From: Octopus sinensis
Lineage: Eukaryota
DNA length: 64,000 nucleotides
Direction of reading: 5' to 3'
Assembly (NCBI RefSeq): GCF_006345805.1
Contig: NC_043013.1
Span: 41,912,001-41,976,000, forward strand
Below, piece after piece: positions 53,455 to 64,000 of the stretch (positions are counted from its first letter, which is position 1; each line of letters opens with the position of its first letter). A program made the position numbers and the translations under genes. Below the pieces are notes generated by a model. It did not search any database. It saw nothing but the letters and a program-made list of their open reading frames with translations, and was not told the DNA's origin.

Positions 53455-53992
53455 CTCGCTTTGCAGCCTCGTGGTTTCGGGTTCAAAACCACTGCCCGTT
53501 ACCTTGGGCAAGTCCCTTTTACTGTTGCCCATAACCGACCAATCTTTGCAAGTGAATTTCGTTTACGGAAACTGTATGCAAACCATAAGGCGGCGAGCTG
53601 GCAGAAGCGTTAGAACACCGGGCGAAATGCTTAGCGGTATTTCGTCTGCCGTTACGTTCTGAGTTCAAATTCCGCCGAGGTCGACTTTCCCTTTCATCCT
53701 TTCGGGGTCGATTAAATAAGTACCAGTTACGCACTGGGGTCGATATAATCGACTTAATCCGTTTGTCTGTCCTTGTTTGTCCTTTCTGTATCTAGCCCCT
53801 AGTGGGTAGTAAAGAAATAGGTATTTCGTCTGCTGTTACGTTTTGAGTTCAAATTCCGCCGAGGTCGACTTTGCCTTTCATCCTTTTGGGGTCGGTAAAT
53901 TAAGTACCAGTTACGCACCTTTGTCTGTCCTTGTTTGTCCCCTCTACGTTTAGCCCCTTGTGGGCAATAAAGAAATAGGAAACTGTATGCAA

Positions 53993-54024
<32 letters not shown>

Positions 54025-54172
54025 CTTTGTGTTTGTCTCCTGTTACAATCAGTGTCGGTTTGTTTACGTCTCTGTAAATTAGCGGTTCGGCAAAAAAATT
54101 TGACACTAAACACTTCAAAATGGTGCCCCAGCACGGCCGCAGTCCCAAGGCTGAAACGAAAGACAAAAGATA
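53455..54172 (+). mobile_element. Old SINE A containing a SINE B dimer (53589-53977)
   Basis: Junction at 53819/53820. Perfect TSD GGAAACTGTATGCAAACC at 53567-53584 and 53978-53995. Confidence 0.9.
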
Positions 54173-54184
54173 CATAGACAGATT

Positions 54185-54503
54185 ACCGGGAATCCTCGTC
54201 ATCGGATACAACGTCAAGGTTTCCAGCAGATCCGATTAACGGAACAGCTTGCTCGTGAAATAAACGTGCAAGTGGTTGAGTACTCCACTGACACACGTAC
54301 CTTTAACATAGTTCTCGAGGTGACACAAAAGGCGACTAAGCTGGCTCTTTTGAAATACAGGTGTAACTCATTTTTGTCAGCTGCATGGACAGGTGTAACG
54401 TAAAATAAAGTGTCTTACTCGAGGATACAGCGCGCTGTCGGATATCGAACTCACAACCTTACAATTGTGAGCCGAATACGATAACTCATAAGCCACGTGA
54501 AGG
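54185..54503 (-). mobile_element. SINE E, diverged
   Basis: Colinear with 21707-22029. Confidence 0.8.
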
Positions 54504-54568
54504 TATGCTACGTTTAAAAGAAGGTGACCGTCAAAACCCACGCTACGCTACAGATTGCGGTTTCTGTT

Positions 54569-54947
54569 TGTTTGTTTGCTTGATGAGCGAAGCGGTTTTC
54601 GTCCCGTCTGTAGTGGGAGAAGTCCGAAACGTGGTCCTTTGCTATTCGCAAGACCCGCATAAGAGAAAGCAGGTCAACCCCCAACACCGAGGGCATCGAC
54701 GGATGGATGAATGCGCATCCAGGCTCAGCGGTTGCTTAAGAAGTCGGGGACAAGAAACAGGAAGAAAGAGTGAGAGAAAGTTGGGGCGAAAGAGTACAAC
54801 AGGGGTCGCCACCACCCCCTGCCGGAGCCTCGTGAAATTTAGGTGTTTTCGCTCAATAAACACACACAACACCCGGTCTGGGAATCGAAACCGCGATCCT
54901 CCGACCGCGAGTCCGTTGCCCTAACCACTAGGCCATTGCGTCTCCAC
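54569..54947 (-). mobile_element. SINE D with a third tail type, with TSD
   Basis: TSD TGCGGTT(T/C)CTGTT at 54556-54568 and 54948-54960. Tail ends in (CAAA)n. Confidence 0.85.
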
Positions 54948-55020
54948 TGCGGTTCCTGTTGAAATAAAACATCTCAGATCAAGTTCATTGGTAACGTATT
55001 CACCGTGCACAAACAACAAT

Positions 55021-55173
55021 ACTAATACATCTGTTTGTTTTCTACACCACCTGTCTTCGTCTTTTATTTTTTACGTGAATTTTTACCTTATATATATATA
55101 TATATCTGTTTGTTTTCTACACCACCTGTCTTCGTCTTTTGTTTTTTTCGTGAATTCTTACCCTATATATATA

Positions 55174-55231
<58 letters not shown>

Positions 55232-55393
55232 AAAATTCACGAAAAAACAAAAGACGAAGACAGGTGGTGTAGAAAACAAACAGAGGTATTAGTATAACGC
55301 CCAGGAATTGAAAAAGTCTTTTACGTTTCGAGCCTACGCTCTTCCACAGAAAGGAACACAGAAAGAAACAAGGAGAGAAAAAAATGTGTGTAG
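55021..55393. mobile_element. Three copies of the pseudo-LTR-like repeat facing each other across (TA)n
   Basis: + partial copies at 55021-55090 and 55104-55164; - copy at 55226-55393. Confidence 0.8.
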
Positions 55394-55449
55394 TGGCTAC
55401 CGATCTATCATGGAGTGTGTGTGTGCGTGTGTGTGTGTGTGTGTGTATA

Positions 55450-55612
55450 CATACGACGGGCTTCTATCAGTTTCTGTCTACCAAATACATTCCCAAGACT
55501 TCGGTCGGCCCGAGGCAATAGTTGAAGACACTAGCCAAAGCTGTCACGCAGAGAGGTGGGACTGAACCAGGAACCGTGTGGTTGGGAAGCAAACTTCTTA
55601 CCACACAGCCAC
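55450..55612 (-). mobile_element. SINE A, 5' half
   Basis: Similarity to the A head and body. Confidence 0.78.
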
Positions 55613-55840
55613 GCAAGACATAAAAGACTGTGATCAAGTCATTGTTTCTAACAAATCCACAAGCATTGAAATTGTAGGTGGACGAGAAGGTTTGGCGATC
55701 TTGCCACGCACTCTTGTACCTTCTAAAACAACAAAAGCAAAGAAAAGAAAAGAAATGAATTGCCGCCCCTGCAAGTTTTTGGTTTTAGCTTTTTCGTCTG
55801 GCAAGGTTTCTCGATGGGATATTCCAGGTTTCAAAATATG

Positions 55841-56143
55841 TTGTTGTTTGTTCCTTCTCGAGCCACGCCTGGCTCATTAGGGCCGGTTTCCCGGTTTCAT
55901 TGCCGTATAGGTTCCCCACCTGAACGGGACGCCGGTCTGTCGCAGGTGAGCTGCAAGATGCAGGAGGAAAGAGTGAGAGAAAGTTGTGGCGAAAGAGTCA
56001 GCAGAAGTTTGCCATTACTTTCTGCCGGAGCCGCGTGGAGCTTAGGTATTTCGCTCATAAACACACACATCGCCCGGTCATGAGATTCGAACCCGCGATC
56101 CCTCCACCGCTGCTCTAACCACTAGGCCATGGTGCCTCCGCAC
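55841..56143 (-). mobile_element. SINE D-related copy with perfect 13-bp TSD
   Basis: TSD GTTTCAAAATATG at 55828-55840 and 56144-56156. Confidence 0.85.
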
Positions 56144-56210
56144 GTTTCAAAATATGGAGAATATGATTTAGATATCAATTCCGATTGCATAGAATAATAT
56201 TCCACATAAA

Positions 56211-56441
56211 GGCAGCGAGCTGGCAGAAACGTTAGCACGCCGGGCGAAATGCTTAGCAGTATTACGTCTGCCGTTACGTTCTCAGTTCAAATTCCGCCGA
56301 GGTCGACTTTGCCTTTCATCCTTTCGGGGTCGATTAAATAAGTACCAGTTACGCACTGGGGTTGATGTAATCGACTTAATCCGTTTGTCTGTCCTTGTTT
56401 GTCCCCTCTATGTTTAGCCCCCTGTGGGCAATAAAGAAATA
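56211..56441 (+). mobile_element. SINE B monomer with TSD
   Basis: TSD AATAATAT(T/C)CCAC(A/T)TAA at 56193-56209 and 56442-56458. A box GGCAGCGAGCTGGCAGAA, B box AGTTCAAATTCC. Confidence 0.92.
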
Positions 56442-56474
56442 AATAATATCCCACTTAACAACTGCATGGAAAAG

Positions 56475-56569
56475 GCCACACACACGCACAGACACACAAA
56501 CACACAGACAGGTGCACACATATTTGTGTGTGTGTGTGTGTGTGTATACATACAGATACATATATACAC

Positions 56570-56607
<38 letters not shown>

Positions 56608-56741
56608 ATGTGTGCAGAGGAAGAGAGACAGAGATAGAGACAGACAGACAGACAGGCGTCTTTCAGTTTCCGTCTACCAAATCCACTCACAAGGCATTGG
56701 TCAGCCCGAGGCTATAGTAGAAGACACTTGCCCAAGGTGCC

Positions 56742-56742
<1 letters not shown>
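56475..56742 (-). mobile_element. SINE A fragment
   Basis: CTTTCAGTTTCCGTCTACCAAATCCACTCACAAGGC...GACACTTGCCCAAGGTGCC. Confidence 0.78.
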
Positions 56743-56780
<38 letters not shown>

Positions 56781-56989
56781 TAGACAGAGTGACAGACCGA
56801 CAGACAAACAGTCATAACTTGCCTGAAAACCCTGCGCACCCACATATGAAACTCAGTGCTGCAAGGTACTGGATTCGACCAAAATAAACTACATTATTAA
56901 TCTCTACGAAGCTATTGAGCACTCCGTTCTTCCTCTCGACAGTCAACACTAAATGGATATGCGCGCGCGTGCACACACACACATTTTTG

Positions 56990-57492
56990 CATACGCACAC
57001 GCTTATTTATACTTACATATTTACACACACACACACTTATTTATACATACACACATATTTATACACACGCACACATAGACTTATTTATACGTACACACAT
57101 ATTTATACACACACACACACCCAAACTTATTTATACATACACACGCACACAGACTTATTTATACATACACACATATTTATACACACGCACACACACATAC
57201 ACTTATACGTATACATATTTATATACACACATATACACATATTTATACAAACACAAACACACACATAGACACACGCACACTTATACATATACGCACATTT
57301 ATACACACATATAGACACATTTATTTATACATTCATACATATAGACACTTATTTATACACACACACACACATACACTTATACACACACACACATAGACAC
57401 ATTTATTTATACATACACATATATAGGCACATACTTATTTATACATACACACTCATATTTATACACATACACACACACTCACACACACACAC
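56990..57492. repeat. CA-based minisatellite with (C/A)TTATTTATA markers; recurs at 57798-58002
   Basis: Directly visible. Confidence 0.9.
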
Positions 57493-58186
57493 AATAGAGC
57501 TACCTGCAAACTCTATTTTAATTATTGCAATTCTCCGACTGATCTCGGTTTATTAGGGGCTACCACTATACTTTTAACTCATTTTCACACCACGAGGTTG
57601 GGTCCCCATGATATAATAAATGCTACTAACAATAAATATATTTAGAGATGGACATGCCCACACAAGTGTACCACCCCCTCATCGACTTTATTTCCTCATA
57701 ACTTTTTAAAAAATGGATATTGTTTAATGAATTTTTCTACAAACATGTTTCAGATGATTCAGATTATTATTATTCTATCGGAATTTAATGTGAAAAACTT
57801 ATACATACACACATATATAAACTCACATTTATTTATATATACACACATATAGACACACTGATTTATACATACACACACACATACACTTATACATACACAC
57901 ACACATATTTATACACACACATACACTTATACATACACACACATTCATACACACACACACATAGACACACATTTATTTATACGTACACACATATAGACAC
58001 ACTCTGCGATGCAGAGTTTCGGAAAATTCGCACTAAGTCGACTTTGTTTCCTCATATATTTCAAGAAAAAAAAGGGGGGGGGTATTTTTTAAAGAAATTT
58101 TTCATATATACCTTTCAAAATGTGTAGATCACGATTATATCAGAATTTGAAATAAAATAGTAAATAAATAAATAAATAAATAAATA

Positions 58187-58597
58187 GGCGCAGGAGTGGC
58201 TGTGTGGTAAGTAGCTTGCTAACCAACCACATGGTTCCGGGTTCATTCCCATTGCGTGGCATCTTGGGCAAGTGTCTTCTGCTATAGCCCCGGGCCGACC
58301 AATGCCTTGTGAGTGGATTTGGTAGACGGAAACTGAAAGAAGCCTGTCGTATGTATGTATATATATATGTGTGTGTGTTTGTGTGTCTGTGTTTGTCCCC
58401 CTAGCATCGCTTGACAATCGATGCTGGTGTGTTTACGTCCCCGTCACTTAGCGGTTCGGCAAAAAAGAGATCGATAGAATAAGTACTGGGCTTACAAAGA
58501 ATAAGTCCCGGGGTCGAGTTGCTCGATTAAAGGCGGTGCTCCAGCATGGCCGCAGTCAAATGACTGAAACAAGTAAAATAGAAATAGAAATAGAAAT
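58187..58597 (+). mobile_element. SINE A, full length
   Basis: Complete head, internal microsatellite, 3' module and (TAGAAA)n tail. Confidence 0.92.
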
Positions 58598-58709
58598 AAA
58601 AATTGGTGGATTCGTACTCATTCATAATGACACATCACAATTTTTGTTTACGTAATTTCAAGTTTCATTTTGTTGACATGAGCTGTGTATTAGTATGTAT
58701 GTATAGGGA

Positions 58710-58963
58710 GTGGAGGCGTGTGGCTTAGTGGTTAGGGTGTCAGCATTCCTGAACCGGTTTCGATTCCTGGACCGGGCGACTCGTTGTGTTCTTGAGCAAA
58801 ACACTTCATTTCACGTTGCTCCAGTCCACTCAGCTGGCAAAAATGAGTAACGCTGCGATGGACTGGCGTCCCGTCCAGCTGGCTAACACATGCGCCATAG
58901 AAACTGGGAAACCGGGCCCGTGAGCCTGGCTAGGCTTTAAAAAAGGGCGTATTTATTTATTTT
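58710..58963 (+). mobile_element. SINE C with 14-bp TSD
   Basis: TSD TATGTATGTATAGG at 58694-58707 and 58964-58977. Confidence 0.9.
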
Positions 58964-59479
58964 TATGTATGTATAGGAAACCACTAAATTTGTTTTCAAT
59001 CTTAAATTCCAATATGACAGTAATCTACACACTTTGAAAAGTATTTATAGAAGATTTCATAAAAAGAAATTACCCATTTCTCTGAAAGTTATGACAAAAA
59101 AAAAAAAAAAACACCCGCATAAATTTTCCGAAACTCCTTACCCGACCCACGGAACTTTTTTTTTTTTAATTACAAATTCCAATATAATCGGAATCGACAC
59201 TATCTGAAGCATGTTTGTAGAAAATTTCATTTAGAAATATCCATTTTTCTGGAAGTTATGAAGAAACAAAACCGGGTGGTGGTGAACATACTTGTGTAGG
59301 TATGCCCAGAGATAAACGGAAAATTTTCTAAATTACAACTTTTAATTCATTTTATGTAAACTCTTTCTGATATTCAACACGAAAAGAAATATCTGTTCTA
59401 AATATTACGACTGGTAGAGTCGAAGTCTTCGATAATGAGGGTTCGAAATTTAAGGACGAATTTAAGACGTTTTTAAACG

Positions 59480-60223
59480 CATATGAAGTAATCAGTGATG
59501 GAATTCGAGGTACGATATGGTCCGAAAAACTGAGGTTAAGAAAGGTGGGTCAAAACGCTATAAGCCACCCAACTTCGTGAGCTGAAAAAGTAGGGGAATG
59601 CCGCCGCTTTGCATACCCTACCCAGTTCCTATCACGTAAGGATACTGCATTGAACTAGGGTTGGGACATATTAAAGAATCGCAAGAATCTAGCAAGTTTT
59701 AAATAAACCCGTTGAATGAAATTAAAGTGGAGAGGGAGAAAGACAGAAAACGATAAGAAGTAGCAAGAAGAATTAAAGTAAACCTTAGATTTTATTTATT
59801 TATAACAAGGGTTTTTCCTTCCTTTAGTTTCCACACACAGACGATTCCGCGAGTTATTAAAACATCCACCGCGTCGTAAGTTATGCTTGTTATTACTAGC
59901 AGTGAGTTTTAAAACAGAATCGTTTTGCCTGGCTTATGCTACTGCCACCATCGCCTCCTTCGTCACATAAACCACTCATCGCTCACTCTCTCTCTCTCTG
60001 TATATAAGCGTATATCCTTCTTTCTCCGTCTCTGTATACATAGCTTTCTTTCTCTCTCTTTACACACACATATATATGTATGTCTTTCTCTTTCTCCATT
60101 TTCCACTCTCACTCTAATTCCTTTTCTCTCTCTCTCTCTCTCTTTCTCTCGCACTTGTTTAGTGCTGCCAACTTGTCACTCTTCTGTTTTCGGAGGCGAA
60201 CAAAGCCAGGCGGTGTACACAGC
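59480..60223 (+). promoter_or_regulatory. Probable promoter/5' UTR of the downstream gene
   Basis: Free of recognisable interspersed repeats, relatively CpG-rich, with CT tracts, directly upstream of the ATG. The TSS cannot be determined. Confidence 0.4.
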
Positions 60224-60436
60224 ATGGCAGCCTCCCGGATTGCTTCGAATTCAAGACTGTGTTTCAAATATAAGTTCTTCTTTTATATCGTGATTTTAAT
60301 TTTAGGAGTCCAATTACTCCTCGTTTACAATTTTTATAGCATGAACCAAAAAGAACTGGATAAACTACAACAATGGCGATCGGATGTAAAAGGTTTGCCG
60401 AGATTGTCGGCTGGGTCGCCCATTGAAACTGACGGG
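60224..60436 (+). CDS. oxt: First coding exon (71 aa) of a type II membrane Golgi enzyme, probably xylosyltransferase (oxt/XYLT); gene continues beyond the window
   Basis: AGCATGG start context. MAASRIASNSRLCFKYKFFFYIVILILGVQLLLVYNFYSMNQKE...IETDG has a basic tail, one TM helix and a stem. Consensus donor GG|GTAAGT at 60437, phase 0. The KY..FF...ILIL.VQL.L.Y pattern recalls invertebrate oxt N-termini. The exon is well supported; the name is tentative. Confidence 0.7.
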
Positions 60437-63271
60437 GTAAGTACTTTTCGTCAGCCTCTTTGCCTCTCTCCTCCTCCTCTCCATCACATTGACATACATA
60501 TATAACACACATACATACATACCTACATGTACGTGTAGGAATAAGCAGCTATTTATACGTATATCTGTATATTTATGTAGTTGCATTCCCCCCTCCCCTC
60601 TGAAAGTTAGTACGGTGCCTTTTACTGTATTTCGAACAACGGCAGTGAAAAAGAATGTTTATTATTATTTTTTAAATATCTCTGTATCCTATCTCTCTCT
60701 CTCTCTTTAGCTCTCTCATTCCCCCAATATATATATATATATATATAATCTTACATTCACACACACTCACACATACTATATTTTACGTCTGCTAGTCTTC
60801 TTGACGAAACCTGTTCACCTGAGATTCTTTATTTCTGTCAAAAGAACTCGTCTTTTGGCCTCGTCAAGAAAGTACTGCTTTTTGAAATAACCACTGACAA
60901 TGTTATTATGTTATTGAAAAAAAAAGAAAACAAAACAAAACAACAAAAATACGGAATTATTTCCTGTTGACTCTGATATAACATGACACTAAAAGAAAGA
61001 AAAAAAAATGTTAATTCAATCAAAATATGATCAATTCTACATTCTTCCCTAAAAACGGTAAAACATCGGTTTATAGAAGTAAAAGAAATCCCAAATTATT
61101 CCACTTCTTTCTGTCGAAAATTAAGATTATCTACATTTAATTTGTAACTGCCATATCGTGTTACAACAATCTCTCTTCTACTTTCTCTCGCTCATTCCGT
61201 GGACAGTATTTGTTGTTGTTTTTGTCCATTCCTAAGTTGGAACCGCTTTTTTTTTTTAACATAGCTTGTATTTTGGGGGGAGGGGAAAACGATGTGGGGG
61301 GGGGAATAAAACATGAACAACTCACTCTCTTGTTTTCGCTTTTCGTAGTAAAGAAAACCCGAAACGGTTGTGTAAGAAATCGCTTGGAATAATAAACTGT
61401 AAATAATGAATGAAATGTCAAATTAAAACCATCTGCGGGTGACATACATTCAGCGCTTCCCTCGTCGTCCACCAATATCCTTCTTTATGTGTCTCTCTGA
61501 TGTGTGTGTGTGTGTGTGTACTTGTGACTAGTGTTGTTGTTGATGTTTAGCTTCAGGTCAACCTTGATCAGAAATGTATGATCAAAGGCATTCCAGTCGT
61601 GACAATTCCACCTTTTTTTTTTTCTCTCTCTCTGCCTATTTGCAAAGAACTCAGGCCTTTATTATCCAACGTGTCCTATATTTTAACGGTTGAGTATGGT
61701 TTGATTGAGGTTTCGCTACTATATCTTGCAGGTCGAGCGGCCATGTAGAGGACTCTTTAGTGTAGTAGTTACAAGTGATGTATGGATATGTATGTGTCGA
61801 GGAAAAATATGTTTCTATGAAAGGAAGGAAACCTCGTTTTGTACAAAATGAATGGTACTTGATGACGATGAGTTCGTTGTTCAATAATTATGTATCTCTC
61901 GGTCATTTCATTCACTCACACGGTATATTTGTCCACCTCTCTTTCTCTCTCCATCTTTCCTCTCTCTCTCTCTCTTTCTCTCTCTGCCTCACTAGTTTGT
62001 ACTTTTTCTTCATCACTCACTATGCATTAATCGTCTGTTTGTTTGGTTTTTTTAACCTCATACATTCAATAATATCGGAATTCAGAGGAACTTCCTAACA
62101 ACTTGTCTTTGGACACCGTCCACAACCTGCTGACTGGTCTGTAATTTGGATCCAAGACACACGGTTAGAAGAAAAAAAAATTCAACCTCTCCTTCCACCC
62201 ACACACGTAAATTCTGCTGTCTTTTAAGTGGTTTTTCCAAGACGGGTAGGGATGTTACAAAAATGTAAATAAAGAAATTCTCCCAACTCAAATTTTCAAG
62301 GGCGTCACCTTTCACAAATTACTTTCTTATTGTATCTCTCTAAAAATACTCGAGAAGAAATTCGACTGTGAAATATGACAATATAATCCTTTAAAAGAAA
62401 GAAAAAAAAATCGGAAGACTACGAGATGGCCAGTTATTGGGCTGCATGTTACCCGGCAAGCGATTGATACGGGTGTTACGGATCTCGTCTGAAGTCTGTT
62501 AATCTTTTCTGTCTCAAATTTGTTTATGTTATATCTAATTTCACTTTGCAACTTAATTCATTCATGATTTTGTACATCGAATTACCTTTAGCGCCAGATC
62601 AGTCCTAATCAGGGATCTTAGGTTATAAAAAAAAAAAAAAATTCCAGCTTTGATCATCCCGTCTTTATTAATTCATTGTGTTCTTATGTTTAATTCATTG
62701 TGTGTTTCTTATATTTAAGACAGTAGAGTGTTGTTTCGTGAATATTTATTTGGCTGTTACTTTTAGCAATTCGAACCACCAGTTAGACTCTCTCTCCTAG
62801 TTCATGAAACTCGGGGTTATTTCTCGTTAAAACCGTAAATATCTCAAATGGAGGTGTGACACATTGCTATGTTGGGCACGCATAATTGTGTTTATACACA
62901 GACACACACACACACAGACGTACATGCTAGATCCTTGTGTGAGAATCTGTCATACTCTGCTTCTCTACGACATGTGTTCGAATGTTTGGCTTCTTTTATT
63001 TTTCTTTTTTTCTTTTAACAACCTCTTTCGTGGAACGAAATCGAAGACAATCGAAAATTTTAACATAATGAAACTAGTTCGAATGTTACGCTGTAAGCAA
63101 CCTTAACTGTGGAACAAAATCGAAGAAACACTCCACATCGTTTAACACAACTAAACATTTTTATGAAGATCGATAAATTTCTGCATCAAAATAGAAACAA
63201 GAGCATTTATAAAACATGGAATTTCCGCGGGTCACAGTGGCATATAATCTCTCTCTCACCCTTCCTTCTCT

Positions 63272-63329
<58 letters not shown>

Positions 63330-63384
63330 TTATATATATATATAAAGGTGTGTATATGTATTTATATATATTATTTGTTTGTTA

Positions 63385-64000
63385 TTAAACTGTGACCATG
63401 TTGGAGCAGTGCTTTGAAAGGTTTTAATCGAATACATCAATCTCAGTACTTTTGTTTTTTAAGTTTGGAACTTATATTCTATCGGTCTCTTTTGCTGAAC
63501 GCTAAGTTATGGTGCCAATACATAAAATTATTGTTATTATTATTGATGGTTTCAAATGTTGGCACAAGGCCAGCAATTTCGAGGTGGGGGTGTATGTCGA
63601 TTACGTCGACCCCAGTACTCAATTGGTACTTACTTCATCCCAAAAGGATGAAAGGCAAAATTGAACTCAGAACGTAAAAAGCCGAGGAAATACCGCTAAG
63701 CGTTTTGTCCGATGCGCTAACGATTCTGCTAGTTTGCCGCCTTAATAATAATAATAATAATAATAATGATAATAATCCTTTCTACTAAAGGCACGAGGCC
63801 TAGAATTTTGGGTGAAGGGACTAGTCGATTATATCGACGTTTCACTGGTAATTAATTTATCAACTCCGAAAGGATGAAAAGCAAAGTCGACCTCGACGGA
63901 ATTTGTACTTAGCACTCTACCCGGCGTGCTAACGATTCTACCAACTCGCTGCCTTTTTAATAATAATGATAATAATAATAATCCTTTCTACTATAGGCAC
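63385..64000 (-). mobile_element. Intronic SINE A 3' remnant followed by tandem old SINE B copies separated by (AAT)n
   Basis: B cores at 63547-63742 and 63775-63955; a third starts at ~63980. Confidence 0.8.

Larger units (their letters stand above)
57650..59307. mobile_element. Long-TIR non-autonomous DNA element with 6-bp TSD
   Basis: Ends GGACATGCCCACACAAGT and ACTTGTGTAGGTATGCCC. AGAGAT at 57644-57649 and 59308-59313. Inverted similarity continues inward (58014-58033 vs 59117-59136; 58085-58155 vs 58990-59070). Confidence 0.75.

Noticed and set aside
54580-54645. TTGATGA...GAAACGTGGTC hammerhead-like string in a SINE D tail
   Set aside because: No stem I complementarity, and it is antisense to the SINE.

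Overview
Repeat-saturated, AT-rich animal genomic DNA. The mix of dense (TA)n/(TG)n/(TACA)n/(GATA)n/(AAT)n microsatellites and five tRNA-headed SINE families (labelled A-E here) looks like an Octopus/coleoid cephalopod genome; this is an inference from repeat style. Almost all ORFs in the track are microsatellite artefacts. The one convincing host coding exon is 60224-60436 (+): ATG to GTAAGT donor, a type II membrane N-terminus resembling xylosyltransferase oxt. The rest is transposon debris: Tc1 and mariner remnants and MITEs, RTE, R4/Dong-like and L1/Tx1-like LINE fragments, two non-autonomous Helitrons, a Naiad-like Penelope remnant, and Penelope-derived foldbacks carrying minimal hammerhead ribozyme motifs. 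Most notable: (1) SINE-B inserts as TSD-bounded concatemers of non-identical 184-bp units joined at one invariant nucleotide where the tail is complementary to the head hairpin, and its tail resembles the 3' end of an L1/Tx1-like LINE in the same window; (2) about a dozen minimal hammerhead-like motifs, several in paired inverted arms; (3) a Helitron containing a LINE ORF1-like fragment; (4) a long-TIR element with a 6-bp TSD just upstream of the gene. All alignments were made by eye, so coordinates are accurate to a few bases.
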